Source: Chlorokybus atmophyticus
Taxonomy: Eukaryota > Plantae > Mesostigma and Chlorokybus algae
Direction of reading: 5' to 3'
Assembly (NCBI GenBank): GCA_009103225.1
Contig: RHPI01001737.1
Span: 1-64,000, forward strand
Length of the DNA stretch: 64,000 bases
A model generated the notes under the pieces. It made no database searches and was not told where the DNA came from. It worked only from the letters and a program-made list of their open reading frames with translations. The position numbers and the translations under genes are program-made. Positions 1 to 12,963 of this stretch are shown in pieces; positions within the stretch are counted from its first letter, which is position 1, and every line of letters begins with the position of its first letter.

Positions 1-1196
1 AGGGTGGGGCAGAGTTTTCAGCCCTGACGATTACAGCCCTTCGCAGACAGTCGTTCTGTGGTGCCCCTTGAGCGACGGGCCCCTTTCAGATGACGTGCTG
101 CGGGCTACTTGGCTCAAATTCCGGTAAGGACTGTGTGCGCGCATGTGATTGCAACCCTGAACTGTGACAACTCCACTAGAAGTGAAGCAAGCTGAATGTA
201 CAGCTGTTGTGTTGTGTTATCTAACACGATGCCTGTTCATGAGGTGCAGACATGCAGACGATTACGACCGAGACAAAGTCTTTGACGTCGATATGCAATC
301 CTCAAGTCGTGAAGACCCATGTGTGCCCGTGGCCATTGCCACCATCCTTGAGATTGCCGAGGTGGATGAGCCCTGCCGCACATACAGCGTGCAGATCATT
401 AATTGGCTGCCAGTGTTTTGCGTGGAGGACGACAGCGTGCGGCCGTTCATACCTATCAGGTCGCAAAGGCTCATGCATGGCAAGACACCGGATCATTACA
501 CACGCGCCGAGCTAGAGGTAAGTTGGTGATTGTCAGTCACGCACAGTCTATGCTTTTGTCACTGCATGTCATCAAGTGCGAGACGTGCGTCGCGTGTAGT
601 TGGCTAAAGTGTGCACATGTGAACCGCCTATGACACTGACAACTGATGGAGTGCAGAGCGTGACGGTTGAGTGGCCACTTATGTTCATGAGCCAGATGGG
701 CACCTGCGTCTGTGAAAACGGTGAATGCAGCTTCAATAGGCACGTCCGGATGGGGGAATGCCAGGCGAGAGTACTTGAAGAACTGAACACCAATGCGCAG
801 CAAGATGATCAGGTTTGTCAGCTATGTGCGCGCAATTTCTTGTTTCAAGTGCTTTCTGGTTGTGCTGATGATGTGCCCATGCAGGACCACGAGGTTTCAG
901 TGGATGATGAGAAGCTGGAGATGCTGGCGGCTGTGTGCTGTGGCACTGAGCAAACACCTACTAGGGCGCAGGTTGGCCGGCAATGGGAATTCTGGCGGAA
1001 GAAGCAGGTGGCGCTGATGGAGAGCGTGGCACCTCTTCCCTTTCGAGACCAGGCCCGGATGGACAGCATTCCAACACAGCGTATCATGCAAGCGGTTGTG
1101 CAGTTTGCAATGAAGAAGAAGTGGCTGGGCGAAGACCCAACGCAGGGTGGTCAGCTGGGCTGGATAAACACGAGGAAACGGCCAGGTATGTTTTGA
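1..1196 (+). CDS. 3' part of an intron-containing gene of unknown function (5' end outside window); possibly the accessory gene of the element ending at 2499
   Basis: Open segments bounded by GT/AG (donor TTCCG|GTAAG ~123; exon ~251-517 ending GAG|GTAAG; last exon ...QDHEVSVDDEKLEMLAAVCC...WINTRKRPGMF, stop 1194-1196). No recognisable domain. Confidence 0.4.
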
Positions 1197-1878
1197 GCTT
1201 ATAGACCGCTCATAGGCTTGGTAGCTGTGACCAATGCACAGTGTCACAATGCAGTCTATAGGGTATGCTCGTAAGCTGGTAAGCTGTAAGCTCATAGTGC
1301 CATGTACGAGCAGTCTGGTCTCTGTGTATGTGAGTGTACACATTCGCCACTCATTGTGAATGCAGGCATGCCGGATGAAAGTGAAACGCCTGAGCCCAAG
1401 AGGTTCCGCTTCATGGGGCGATGGGAGCCAAGCAGGATGGCATCCTCTAAATGATAGGTATCAGAGATGTGCAAAGTTGCAACTGTTGCATGTTGCTACT
1501 GTTACGTGTCTATTCTTTAAGAAATGTACATTGTGTTTTACAGTTGCGGTGTTGCTCAAATGCAGTGTGCGCGCGCAGTGTCTACGACAATCTGTTGTTG
1601 GTGCACGCGGCGTGCACTCGTTCATCTGAAAGGCCGTCTACATTTGCAAATATGGAGCAGAGTATGGAACAGAAGGAACGTGTGCGTGCAGTGCCAAGAT
1701 CACGTGGTGTGCGCAGCATGCGCTCAGTCTCATCATAGGCAGGCTATGAGCGCTGGTGATCTTAGTAGCTATGAGAACACTGCTGTAGTTAGCATAGATG
1801 TTTGACACTTTGCAGGTCTCGCTGATTGCCAGACACGCACTATATAATAGAATGGGTTACCGTGAATTGCTGGTGCAT

Positions 1879-2499
1879 GGGTCATAGACCAGCATTGGTG
1901 CAGGATGTCAGGGGGTGTCGTGCACCAATGCTGGTCCCTGGATGCAAGCATGGACCAATGCAGTGAGATTCGGCTGGTACAAAGAAACGGTTGGGTGTGG
2001 ACCAGGCATGGTCCCGCCAGCAGAGCCATGGTTGGTCCCACTAGTCGGGACCATCCTTGCAGACCATCTGGGCTAGACATTAAGATACAAGTAGACCATG
2101 CATGGTCCCACAGTGCGAACCCAGGATGGTCCTGCTACTCGGGACCAGTAGTGGTGATGCTTTTGACAGAACTGTGCCAAGAGCGGACCATCCTTGGTGC
2201 ATGCAGCAACACGCATGGCAGACCAGCATTGGTCCCATTGCGCTCGTCATGATAACAGCAACCAGGGCTGGCCCGGTTTTTTGGGGGACCGTGGGACAAT
2301 TACGTACTGTTTGGACCAGCCCTGGTCCCCGCGTGCAGACCAAGGCGGGCGACCCTGGTCCGGACCCCAAGCCGCCCGGGCGTTTTGGCCCTGGTCCGTA
2401 CGTGCGGACCAGGGCTGGTCCGTGGAAAAAATTCCGTGTGATAAGGACGTTGCCCAGCACGTCAATGCAGCACCCAGGAGGTGGACCGCACCAAGGACG
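1879..2499. repeat. Dense direct and inverted GGACC/GGTCC-core repeats, resembling the subterminal region of a TIR transposon; candidate terminus at 2499
   Basis: Many variants such as GACCAGCATTGGT, GGACCAGGGCTGGTCC and CATGGTCCC in both orientations. The array stops abruptly at ...CCAAGGACG (reverse complement CGTCCTTGG). Confidence 0.55.
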
Positions 2500-2636
2500 T
2501 AAGCTTGGGATGATCACCACTCACCTCCAGCTGCTGCAATATTGCAACCGCTGCAGCTGCATCGTTGCACCTCCATCTGCTGCAAATATTGCAGCGATTG
2601 TAGCTGCTAAGAAAGCACGTACATGCAAAGCAAGTA

Positions 2637-3263
2637 CAGTGTACCCCCGCTATTATTATGTTCACTGATGGAATAGCCCCATCATAAGATTAACTTATTA
2701 GGGGACCGTTGTCCGATTTGCTAAACCGCTACGGGCATAAAAATAGTCTTAGCCGCATAGGGATACTGAAGTGTATGTTAATTCCTTGCTATATGCCCAC
2801 AACAAGAGAATATAACCATATATTATTATATTGTTTGACGCATGGTAATACATGATCCAATGTACCTTATAAACCAAATAACTTCCATAGTGCCGCAAGA
2901 TTTTCAATAAACAAATTACTTCGGCTGGCCGCTTTTACAAAAATAAACATTTGGCGGCAACTATGCATCTTAATGGTTATTGCATAGAATGCATAGTTTG
3001 GCCGGGTTTTGACGAAATCAAAACATGAACAAACTTTTTCGCCGCTACTTTTATGAAAATGTTGCGACACTACGATAATATGTATTATACGATACTTGAT
3101 TAAATATAAATATGCATCAATTATTCATTTTCTCTAATACACTCATAAATCCGCTCGTATGCGTTGTAAGAGTATGCTTTGTATAACAACCAACGGAATG
3201 GCCCCGCCATAAGATCAATAACCTTGGTGATAGATTGTATTTTTATAGCGGGGGGGTAGATTG
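2637..3263. mobile_element. Probable non-autonomous Tc1/pogo-type MITE (627 bp, AT-rich)
   Basis: Left end TA|CAGTGTACCCCCGCTAT; right end reverse-complemented CAATCTACCCCCCCGCTAT, followed by TA at 3264-3265. No coding capacity. Confidence 0.5.
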
Positions 3264-4249
3264 TATGTAGATCTCACAAGTAATCGCACCTCAATGGTTA
3301 AATACATCGATGTGGGATTATTACATTAGTTTAATGCATACATTATTAATACTTATGATGAAACCTAATCATAACATAACTTAATTGATGTGTGATATGT
3401 CTGTGCGGCAACCGCATGTAACAACTTTAACTTCAACGGAGCATATGTGATAAACAATGCAGCGTACCATTAATTATGTAATGTGTTTCAGCACGATGGT
3501 ATTCAACTAATCTAATTAGCATGATTTAAGTTGTGCCGTATTCTCGTGCATCATCCAAACAATTTTTATTTTACGGAATGATGTTTTTATAAAATTTGAT
3601 ATTATTACGGCAAGCATCAATAAATTGCCATTTACAAAAACACATCAACGACTTTGATGCAATGTGAAGCGATGTATAAGCACTTGTACTCAAGGAAATG
3701 AAGATGTAAAATAACGGTCATCAATTACATCACCACTGCAACTGAGTTTTCAGTATACCTGCCATGCCGCCCCTCTTCTCTACCCTATACCTGGCGAATG
3801 ACATTGACAAAATGAACACCTTTCTGCTGGTTATAATCATAAATATCTGAAAGCGCCACGTCGGACAGCACGGGCAGAGGCTAGCTGCGGCGGCGGGCAA
3901 CGCGGACGTAGAGCAAGAGGAGCAGGCGAGGAAGGCGGAACACATTACGGCGAGGCGTAGCAATGCCCGCGCTGGCACTGATGTCAGCAGCAACTACAAG
4001 GCAAGAGGTCACGCTAGCTACCTGCTACGGTTGCAGGGACAGCTACTAGGCTACGTGTTGGACAGCATGCCGCTGGCAAGAACATGTTCTCGCAAGTCAT
4101 CTTTGTACTGTGGTTTCCTATTGCAGTGTTGTCTACGTTTGTGTCCTGCTTGTTGTCAGTTAGCTACTTGGTAACAAATGCAGTCCCATTCTCTGTATGC
4201 TTCTGCATTATCACTCGTACATTTTATGTGACATCTGTTTCATTGTCGC

Positions 4250-5730
4250 CAACGACACCAGTGCTTCGTTGTCAAGAGTCCCCACGCAAAGGCGGCAAGA
4301 GCGGCTGTCACGCAGCAATCAAACACGCCTAAGTCCTCAGCGCTCAAGACCACTGCAGGTCAGTAGTAAAGTTGACTGTTAGCAGGGGAGTGTGACTGCA
4401 GGCCCTCTGTATGCTCTTGCAAGTTGCAAACTATAGCAGCAAGTATTGTCAGGGAGTGGCTCTCATGGACATACGTGAGTATTGTCCAGTCGTTGTATGC
4501 GGCACTCTTGCTCTGCATGCAGTTGTGTCATTGCAATGGGACATACTCAGCTCATTCACCTGAGATAGCTAAGGATATGTTATGAGTTGCTTCGTGACAA
4601 GACGCACATGCATGTATGCAGGCTAGTCGTGCGCTCACGACATGCGCCCTTGACTGGACGGCCCTACCTGCCTGGTACCAGCGTGTCACAGCAGCTGTTT
4701 GTGACAACAACAACGAACTTACCAACATGATTACCGCACAGGTTGGTGCGGTTGATTGCTTCAAAAGTGTATCCGCCTTTGGACTGTGCCCCCGGAGCAT
4801 ACCGCGACCCACAAACCAGCAGCTGTGTCTACATTTGCCGCGAGGGCTTCGCGTGGGACCCGGAAACAAAAAGCTGTGTTGGCATTGATGGCGTGCCACT
4901 GTGCAGACCAGGGTAGGTTCTACAGCTAACAGCTGTACTGCTTATGGCCAGTTTGTCACTGCCGCCATGCTGACGCAAACAGTCAATGGCTTAGCGTGCT
5001 GCTGCAGCATGGTTGTTGTGTTGCCACGAAATGCTGTTGGACATGAACTCTCATGTTTATGCGCATATGTACATCAGCACTCACATGCACATGCATGCGT
5101 GCAGTGTGTTCGTGCGTGCATTCGTACATGCACACACACACGCTGCGCATGTATGCATGCCAATGACATATAATGTACTGTGTGGCATGCTTGCTGGCAC
5201 TGGAAAGGTGCTTGCTGATGGCATGCCTTCGAACTCTGCAGGTATGTCTATGACAGCGAGCTGCGGGCGTGTGTAGACGACGATTCGTGCGGGGAAGGCT
5301 CGCTCTACGACCAGCGCGCCAAAGTGTGTGTGCCATTGCAGGTACGGGTATGCAACTTTCATCCCAACTTGTGTTGTGCGTGCCAGCAACAGCTTCTCAA
5401 GGAAAGTCAACTTCTCAGGGTGCTGCCGCTGACCGGCGGCCATGGCCCCGGCAAGCATTTGCGTGGTTGGGAAGGAAGCTATTTAAACAAGATGACGCTT
5501 GTCCAGTGAGTACACTTGACATGCGGCGTCAACGCACATGTATAACTAACCAGTATGTACGCGCACATCATCAGGTGGGATTTGTGTATGATGACGAAGC
5601 GAACAAGTGTACGCCACTCTGCGCTCCAGGCTTTTTGTACGATGCAACGCAGAAGAAATGCATCCCTGTGTCGCGCGTGCCTCCAGAAGAGCTGAAGAGA
5701 GCCAACACCGTTGTACCAAGCTTGGAGTGA
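4250..5730 (+). pseudogene. Decayed gene for a Cys-rich repeat protein, probably extracellular
   Basis: Spliced segments encode repeated C-x2-G-[FY]-x-[YW]-D-x4-C-[VI] units: CAPGAYRDPQTSSCV, CREGFAWDPETKSCV, CRPG|YVYDSELRACV, CGEGSLYDQRAKVCV, CP|VGFVYDDEANKCT, CAPGFLYDATQKKCI. Stop at 5730. Frame changes are needed near 4790 and 5340. Confidence 0.55.
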
Positions 5731-7113
5731 TGTATGATTATCGGCCCGAGTAGTATGTTGAGCACGCTTACAAACATGGTGCTGCATTGAGTGCAGTGCT
5801 ATGCAATGTAAGGATACATACACGACCTTAGTACAGTTCTGGCAGTAGTGGTTTGTCACAAGTTGAGTCCAATATGTTGGGTGGTGTGCTGGCTGGGCTA
5901 GCATTGGCATCCTACAAGTGCAGGGCTTATGTGTCTACAGTCGTAATGAGTTCTTGCTAGTGGTTGTTGCATGGAAGGTTTGTTGAACTAGGGCAATATG
6001 TTGTTGGCATGAGTAGAGCAGGCTGTCTTAAGCACATTGACCACTCTTCCTCCCTCGCCGCTCCAAGGACCAAAGCGACTCTGCAGTTGTCCTACATAGC
6101 CCAGGGCCGGTGGCAGGTAGATTTGGTAGGTGCCAGAAGTGCGAGAAGGGTTGGCATTGCATAAAGCTATGCTTTGCAATTTTCTGATTGCTATGCTTAG
6201 GGTACCATACAGCTTGTGTGACGCATGCACGGATTTGAATGAAATGCTCCGATAGCACAGAACATCGAGTAACAGTTGTTATTACAACACACACACTACT
6301 CACATGAGAGCTGCAAAAAGCAAGCTCAAGTACAGCATTAATTTAATGGAACAGTCGCAGTGAAAGAGACAGATTACAGATAAATCGTGGGGGCCAAGAT
6401 AGAGCCATGCACCCTCGGCTAGAACACAAACAGCAGGACTCTAGGACCTAAGACGCCTTCTGAGACCCTCCAAACAGCAGTAAGGCAGGAGAGGGGCAAA
6501 AGCTGACCGTATGAGCACAGCTACCACCTGCAGAGCGCAACAGAACATGGGTCGGACCCGTTTGAACACAAGGACACCATGCGTGGCGATGCCGACGCCA
6601 CGGCGAATGCTATTGCTGCAGCGTGCAAGGCAAGATGTTTGCGGCTCGGTAGAAAAACGTAATGTCAGAATCAACTCGAAAGTGTCAACATAACATACGG
6701 CATGAGATTGAATGCACATCATGCCGTGCACATACAACTCGTGCGCCAACACACAAACACACCCAGGCATCAAGCACTCATAGAATAGCCACAAACACAC
6801 CAACTCCCACCCTTTTATTACACTGAACACGGCTAGACCTACGGGGTTGGCTAAGGGGGTGGCTATGTGTAAGGCGCAACATGGACAAGTTCAGACAATG
6901 CTAGGACTTGTTGACTGTGATCAGCGAGTAGGCACCTGGTATTGATATGGCAGCCAATCCTCGCTAGAGTGCTTCAGCCCATCTTGGGCCGCCCAAGCCT
7001 TTGGCGCGGACAGCTGACTGTACGCGTACATCATCTCATCAATCAACATGTGCAGGCTGTGCTGCGTTAACAAGCAATTATATTGTTGTGGTTTACCTTA
7101 GTTGTCATCAACT

Positions 7114-7185
7114 GGGGGCGTGGCGCAATGGTAGCGCGTTCGACTCCAGATCGAAAGGTTGCGTGTTCGATTCACGTCGCCCTCA
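7114..7185 (+). tRNA. trnW-CCA: tRNA-Trp(CCA), copy 1
   Basis: 72 nt; acceptor stem GGGGGCG/CGCCCTC + A, D arm, anticodon arm TTCGA-CTCCAGA-TCGAA, T loop GTTCGATTC; T-run terminator ~30 nt downstream. Confidence 0.95.
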
Positions 7186-7268
7186 AGGCGATATCGGGCT
7201 GCATCATACAGCCATATATTTTTCCAAGTTTTGGAGGCTTCAGATTCTTGGGCCCACAATCATCAACT

Positions 7269-7340
7269 GGGGGCGTGGCGCAATGGTAGCGCGTTCGACT
7301 CCAGATCGAAAGGTTGCGTGTTCGATTCACGTCGCCCTCA
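7269..7340 (+). tRNA. trnW-CCA: tRNA-Trp(CCA), copy 2 (identical)
   Basis: Same 72-nt sequence 155 bp downstream of copy 1, followed by a T6 run. Confidence 0.95.
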
Positions 7341-7591
7341 AGGCGATATCGGGCTGCATCATACAGCCATGTATTTTTTCAAGTTTTGGAGGCTTCAGAT
7401 TCTTGGGCCCACAAGCACCTGGGAATAATTCAGCGTGTCATGCAATCCCTAGTCCGCTTTGCGAACTATCGCGCTGAAAGTTAAATACCGAGGCCTCTTG
7501 GACCAACATGCACCTTAAACCAATTCAGAGTTTGATGCAATGCGTTGTAATCTATTGCATCATTGCTAATTTCATAATTTAGCGCATGTTG

Positions 7592-7873
7592 CAATGCCCA
7601 GTGTACACTATTGCATCATTGCTACTTTGAACTGACCATTGCAAAAGCCAGTCGACCCCATTAAGCGCCAATCCAGGCAATTGCTTACAGTGTGAACCAA
7701 GCAGTATCGCATGCACTTTTTTGAAGCTTTAGTCAATGCCCAGTGTACACTATTGCATCATTGCTACTTTAAACTGACCATTGCAAAAGCCAGCCGACCC
7801 CATTAAGCGCCAATCCAGGCAATTGCTTACAGTGTGAACCAAGCAGTATCGCATGCACTTTTTTGAAGCTTTA
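7592..7873 (+). repeat. Tandem duplication, 142-bp unit
   Basis: CAATGCCCAGTGTACAC...GAAGCTTTAG starts at 7592 and 7734; the copies are nearly identical. Confidence 0.9.
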
Positions 7874-8749
7874 GACTATGAGGCCAACGTGCACCTCTAA
7901 AACAATTCGGAGTGTCATGTCATGCAATCTGCTTTGCATTATATTGAGGCTTCAGACTATTGGGCTAACAAGCACCTTAGTATATATCTCAAGTGCCATG
8001 CAATCCCTAATGCGCTTTGGGAATTATCGCATTAAGAGTTAAACTTCAAGGCTTCAGACTCCTAAACCAACATGCACCTTGCAACAACTCAAGGTATAAT
8101 GCGTTGTAAACTATCGTATATTTGCTATTTTCAACTGACTATATTAAGTGCCAAGTAATGCACAAATAATCAATCAATATAAAAGAAGTTATAAGCAAAC
8201 ACACTCACTCACGCTATAGCAATGCAATCACTCAAGTCATGTCATCGAAAATGCCAATTACATCAACAGGATTGCTCGCGGACATCATGGTTTTTTTGAT
8301 GCAGTATATCAAGTGTACATAGCATAGGATTGCATTTCGTGTATTATATTATTCGATGTTAAACATAGGTTTGCGCGCTCCTATGTGGATAGTTTACGTT
8401 GATGTTATATATCATATTTTGTGCACTCAATGTGTAATGCTCAAAATTGCCGCATGAGGGCAATGGTAATGCCGCAAGTAAAAGCTATCGTTTCATCTGT
8501 TGCATCCAATAAAAACAGATAACATCCCCCTCTCCCCCCGTGATTCTGAATAACAATACGTCGATGTTTATACATACTTCGCACAGATCTCGAGGGTAAT
8601 TACATAAGTATATATATGTGTGTGTGTTATCGTATATATCACTATATATATATTGACATATATATATGTCATCATATATACGTTTATATATGATGTAATA
8701 TATATACACCCACATATTTATGTAATTGAATATATAATGTATATAGATA

Positions 8750-9075
8750 TATATATACACACACACGTGTATAAGCGTAAGCATATTACACTTTTTTATC
8801 AATTGTCATGAGTTAACTTTGAAATAAAAAATGGCATGCATGGCTTGTAGTATACAAGTTATATATGATGGAACAAACTTGAAGTTTTATGAATAAAATA
8901 ATCATGCACATTTATGTTTATATGTGTGTATATACACACAGGTGTATAAGCGTCAAAATGTTACTCTTCCATCATTATTTTGATGAGATTGTTAACAATC
9001 AGAAATGCAACACACCATGGCATGCATGGCTTGTATTATACAAGTTGAACATGATTGAACAAACTTGGAGTTTTG
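8750..9075 (+). repeat. Diverged ~180-bp tandem duplication next to an AT-microsatellite-rich tract
   Basis: Blocks GTGTATAAGCGT, CATGCATGGCTTGTA-TATACAAGTT and GAACAAACTTG-AGTTTT each occur twice in the same order. Confidence 0.55.
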
Positions 9076-9174
9076 TAGTAAAACTACATACACCTTGAAT
9101 GCCTCTTTCGAGGAACCTGTAGTCGGCATCGACGGCGCCAAGTAGCCGCGGTCACATTGATGGCCACCCGTCGA

Positions 9175-9186
9175 CGACTGGCGTCA
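9175..9186. promoter_or_regulatory. Candidate cis-element CGACTGGCGTCA (contains TGACGCCA on the - strand), upstream of GSA beside CCAAT boxes
   Basis: The exact 12-mer recurs upstream of PSB27 (18441-18452); CCAAT motifs follow at ~9190 and ~9217. Confidence 0.3.
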
Positions 9187-9432
9187 CAACCAATGGTAGG
9201 GCACAATGACTTCAGCCAATCAGAAGGCCGGCCTGACTGGGCTCGTTACACCGTCCGATGGACCCATCCCCATCGGCCTTGCAATGGATAATCACACGAT
9301 ATTGGTCGCGCAATTTTTGGTATTTGGTTGCTAGGCGGCGGCGTAGGCATTGACGTTGGTGGTGTCGGCGTACGTGTTCTTCAAGAGCAGAACTTATTGT
9401 TGTTCAGAGCAGGGTACGAAACAAGGGTTGCA

Positions 9433-11777
9433 ATGGCTTCCGCGTGTCTGCAGACTGCGACCAGCTCGCAGGCTGCAGTGTCCAGCTGGACTGGCCTGCG
9501 GGCAGAGCGCCCCAGCAGCAGCAGCAGGCCAGCACGCAAGGCTTCCAGCAGCGCCGTCCCCAGCCGCCGCACCGCCGTCTTGTCTGCCGCCACTACCGAG
9601 GTCAAGCATGTCACCACAAAGTCGCAAGAAATCTTCAAGGCGGCACAGGTGTGCGCTCGACAACTACCCTCACGCATCTCAGCATGTACCCAGTGCTCAT
9701 CGGGGCTTTAGCAGCAGGGTGACTTATGTTACTTTGCTGCATGCCTGCACTGCAATCCTACAAGCCCTAACCCTAACAGCCACGCTTATGCACATTAATA
9801 TGCATTTTTGTGCTCCCTGCACTTGTGTTGAACCCGCACTTAGTTTGCATGCATGGCAGGAAATCATGCCTGGTGGTGTGAGCTCACCGGTGCGCGCCTT
9901 CAAGTCTGTTGGCGGCCAGCCTATCATCTTCGACCGCGTCAAGGGCAGCAAGGCGTATGATGTTGATGGCAACGCTTACATCGACTATATTGGCTCGTGG
10001 GGACCTGCCATTGTCGGACACGCCAATGAGGAGGTTAGTTGCTGACAGTGAAGTTCACTCAACCAGTAAGTTCTGCAGTACAAAGCGTGCATCACGCCAT
10101 CCTGACAGTGCAGCACATGACATCGTGTACACGTCAAAATAAGCATAACATCATTGGTTGCCATCGTACGCTGACAGTGTCACAGATAGAGATGGCGGAG
10201 TACCAGAATCCTGCAAGTTATCAGTACTCTGCCATCTCTGTTGACTTGAAGTGACATTGATTTTCTTCTTAAACACATCATTCTCAGCTGTCCAAGCATA
10301 TGTCAGCCAGTGTGGTTTGGAGCCAGACTTGGCTAACCCTATTGTGTGATCGCTTGTTATTGTTGGTCTTTCGCCAAGGTTCATGGGCTGCTTGCTGTGT
10401 CTTGCCTCAAAGTACCAAACTGGACCTGCAGCATACCCAAATGATGGTTGCATGGAGTAAATGCCGTTGTTGTAAGTTCCGGTATTAATTGTGATGCATG
10501 TTTTTGCATCGTCAGGTGAATGAAGCCCTGCGCAACACCCTTGAGAAGGGCACATCATTCGGTGCACCCTCTGCACTTGAGAATGTGCTGGCTGCCATGG
10601 TGATTGACGCGGTGCCGAGCGTGGAGATGGTGCGGTTCTGCAACTCTGGCACGGAGGCTTGCATGGGGGCTCTCCGCCTCATGCGTGCATTCACCGGCCG
10701 TGACAAGGTGAGCAAACCAGCGTCTGGGAGGTTGTGGTAAACTACATTCTCAAACGATCAGGCTCGCAAAGTAATTACAATCTATTAACACATGGTACAT
10801 GCTCTGTTCCATGACACTGTTCAATACGCATTTTGTGTGATGTGTTTAGCATCCCATGATTGGCGCAACCGACCGGTACTGATGCACTTTGCTGCATGCA
10901 GATCATCAAGTTTGAGGGTTGCTACCACGGACATGCAGACTCCTTCCTCGTGAAGGCCGGCTCAGGTGTGGCCACATTGGGCTTGCCAGATTCGCCAGGC
11001 GTGCCCAAGGCTTCCACCCAGGCAACACTGACAGCGCCATACAACGATCTGGAGGCGGTTAAGGCCCTATTTGAGGCCAACAAGGGTGAGATCGCCGGTC
11101 TCATCCTCGAGCCCGTTGTTGGCAATGCTGGTTTCATCGTTCCAGAGCAGTCGTTCCTCGAGGGCATCCGCGCGCTGACGAAGGAGCATGGCACGGTGCT
11201 GTGCTTTGATGAGGTCATGACCGGCTTCCGCATCTCCTACGGTGGTGCTCAGCAGCATTTTGGTATCACCCCGGACCTGACCACCATGGGCAAGGTCATC
11301 GGCGGCGGTCTCCCGGTAGGCGCGTATGGAGGGCGCAAGGACATCATGCAGATGGTTGCCCCTGCTGGCCCGATGTACCAGGCTGGCACGCTCTCCGGGA
11401 ACCCCCTTGCCATGACAGCTGGCATCAAGACCCTGGAGATCCTCAAGCGCGACGGCTCGTACGAGCAGCTGGACCGCATCACCAAGAAGCTCATTGAGGG
11501 CCTGTTGCAGGTCGGTAAGGAGACTGGCCACGATATGTGCGGCGGCCATATCAGTGGCATGTTCGGCTTCTTCTTCTGCAAGGGCCCTGTGAGCAGCTTT
11601 GAAGATGCCAAGGCCTCTGACACTGCCAAGTTTGCCAAATTTCACAGAGGCATGCTGGAAAGGGGTGTCTACCTCGCACCATCGCAGTTTGAGGCTGGCT
11701 TTATGAGCCTTGCGCACACAGATGAGGATATTGAAGCCACCATTGCCGCTGCCCGCGACGTGCTCTCGTCATTGTAG
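9433..11777 (+). CDS. GSA: Glutamate-1-semialdehyde 2,1-aminomutase, plastid-targeted (exons 9433-9648, 9860-10033, 10516-10707, 10902-11777; 485 aa)
   Basis: Ser/Ala-rich transit peptide; [51 protein letters not shown]-lysine region [19 protein letters not shown]. All introns GT-AG and in frame. Confidence 0.97.
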
Positions 11778-11989
11778 ATATAGGTGTGTTGTTTTGCGCG
11801 CTTCCCCCTCCCCGTGAGTTTCAACAGTAGCATGCTGCGTATGCTGCTGTGCACCCCCGCTGCCAGCTGTTAGACTCGGTTGGTTTATGTGAAACCGGAG
11901 TTGTATACATCAAGTTGCAGAGTCTTTTTGTGTACGTAGTCTGGTGAAGTGCATCTTCCATGCACAGCGTTGCTGCATGTGCAATTGCA

Positions 11990-12333
<344 letters not shown>

Positions 12334-12829
12334 TGGTGACATGCAGACTTTTAAGGGTTGTCTTATTGGTGGAGTAAGGAGACTGCCATCCACTATAGTG
12401 GGAACATATGTTACACACATCCGATTGGTGAGCATTACATGTTACAAGCCACACGTCAGCTACTTGTTACCAAAAAAAGCTCATGTGTGCGCACATGCGT
12501 TGCACGTATGGGCTTGTATTGTTGCATGTGCTTAATAGCCAAAGCTTCAAAGGCAATTTATGTGTTGTGTATATTGATTAAATATCATTGAACGATAGTG
12601 TAAATGCTAATGTAACATAAACGAAGTTATTGTAACTTGCACGAAATTACCGTCGACGGCATGTATGTAATGACAGCTAGATCTACATAACATGCGCTCG
12701 AGTTGCGTTAGCAGTTAGCGTGTTGTTATATGCTGCGAGTGGCACAGATGCAATCGAAAATGGGTAATAAAGGGTAGAAGAGTTGTAAGTGAAGCGCGAT
12801 ATGAAAGCACGGCATTCATTGAGCACCTA

Positions 12830-12963
12830 CATGTTAAAAAGATTAACAGCCATACGATTAAGCCATACTCTCATCGCCACCGGTCGCTCTGGGCTGCATG
12901 TTAAAGAGATTAACAGCCATTCGATTAAGCCATACTCTCATCGCCACCGGGCGCCCTGAGCTG
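12830..12963 (+). repeat. Tandem duplication, 67-bp unit
   Basis: CATGTTAAA-AGATTAACAGCCAT...CATCGCCACCGG starts at 12830 and 12897. Confidence 0.9.

Larger units (their letters stand above)
7106..7414 (+). repeat. Tandem duplication, 155-bp unit carrying tRNA-Trp
   Basis: Units start at CATCAACTGGGGGCG (7106 and 7261) and end at CTTGGGCCCACAA; only a few differences. Confidence 0.9.

Noticed and set aside
2080-2668. Overlapping 100-190-aa ORFs in the GGACC repeat tract
   Set aside because: They are open only because the GC-rich repeat is poor in stop codons; no domain or coherent exon structure.
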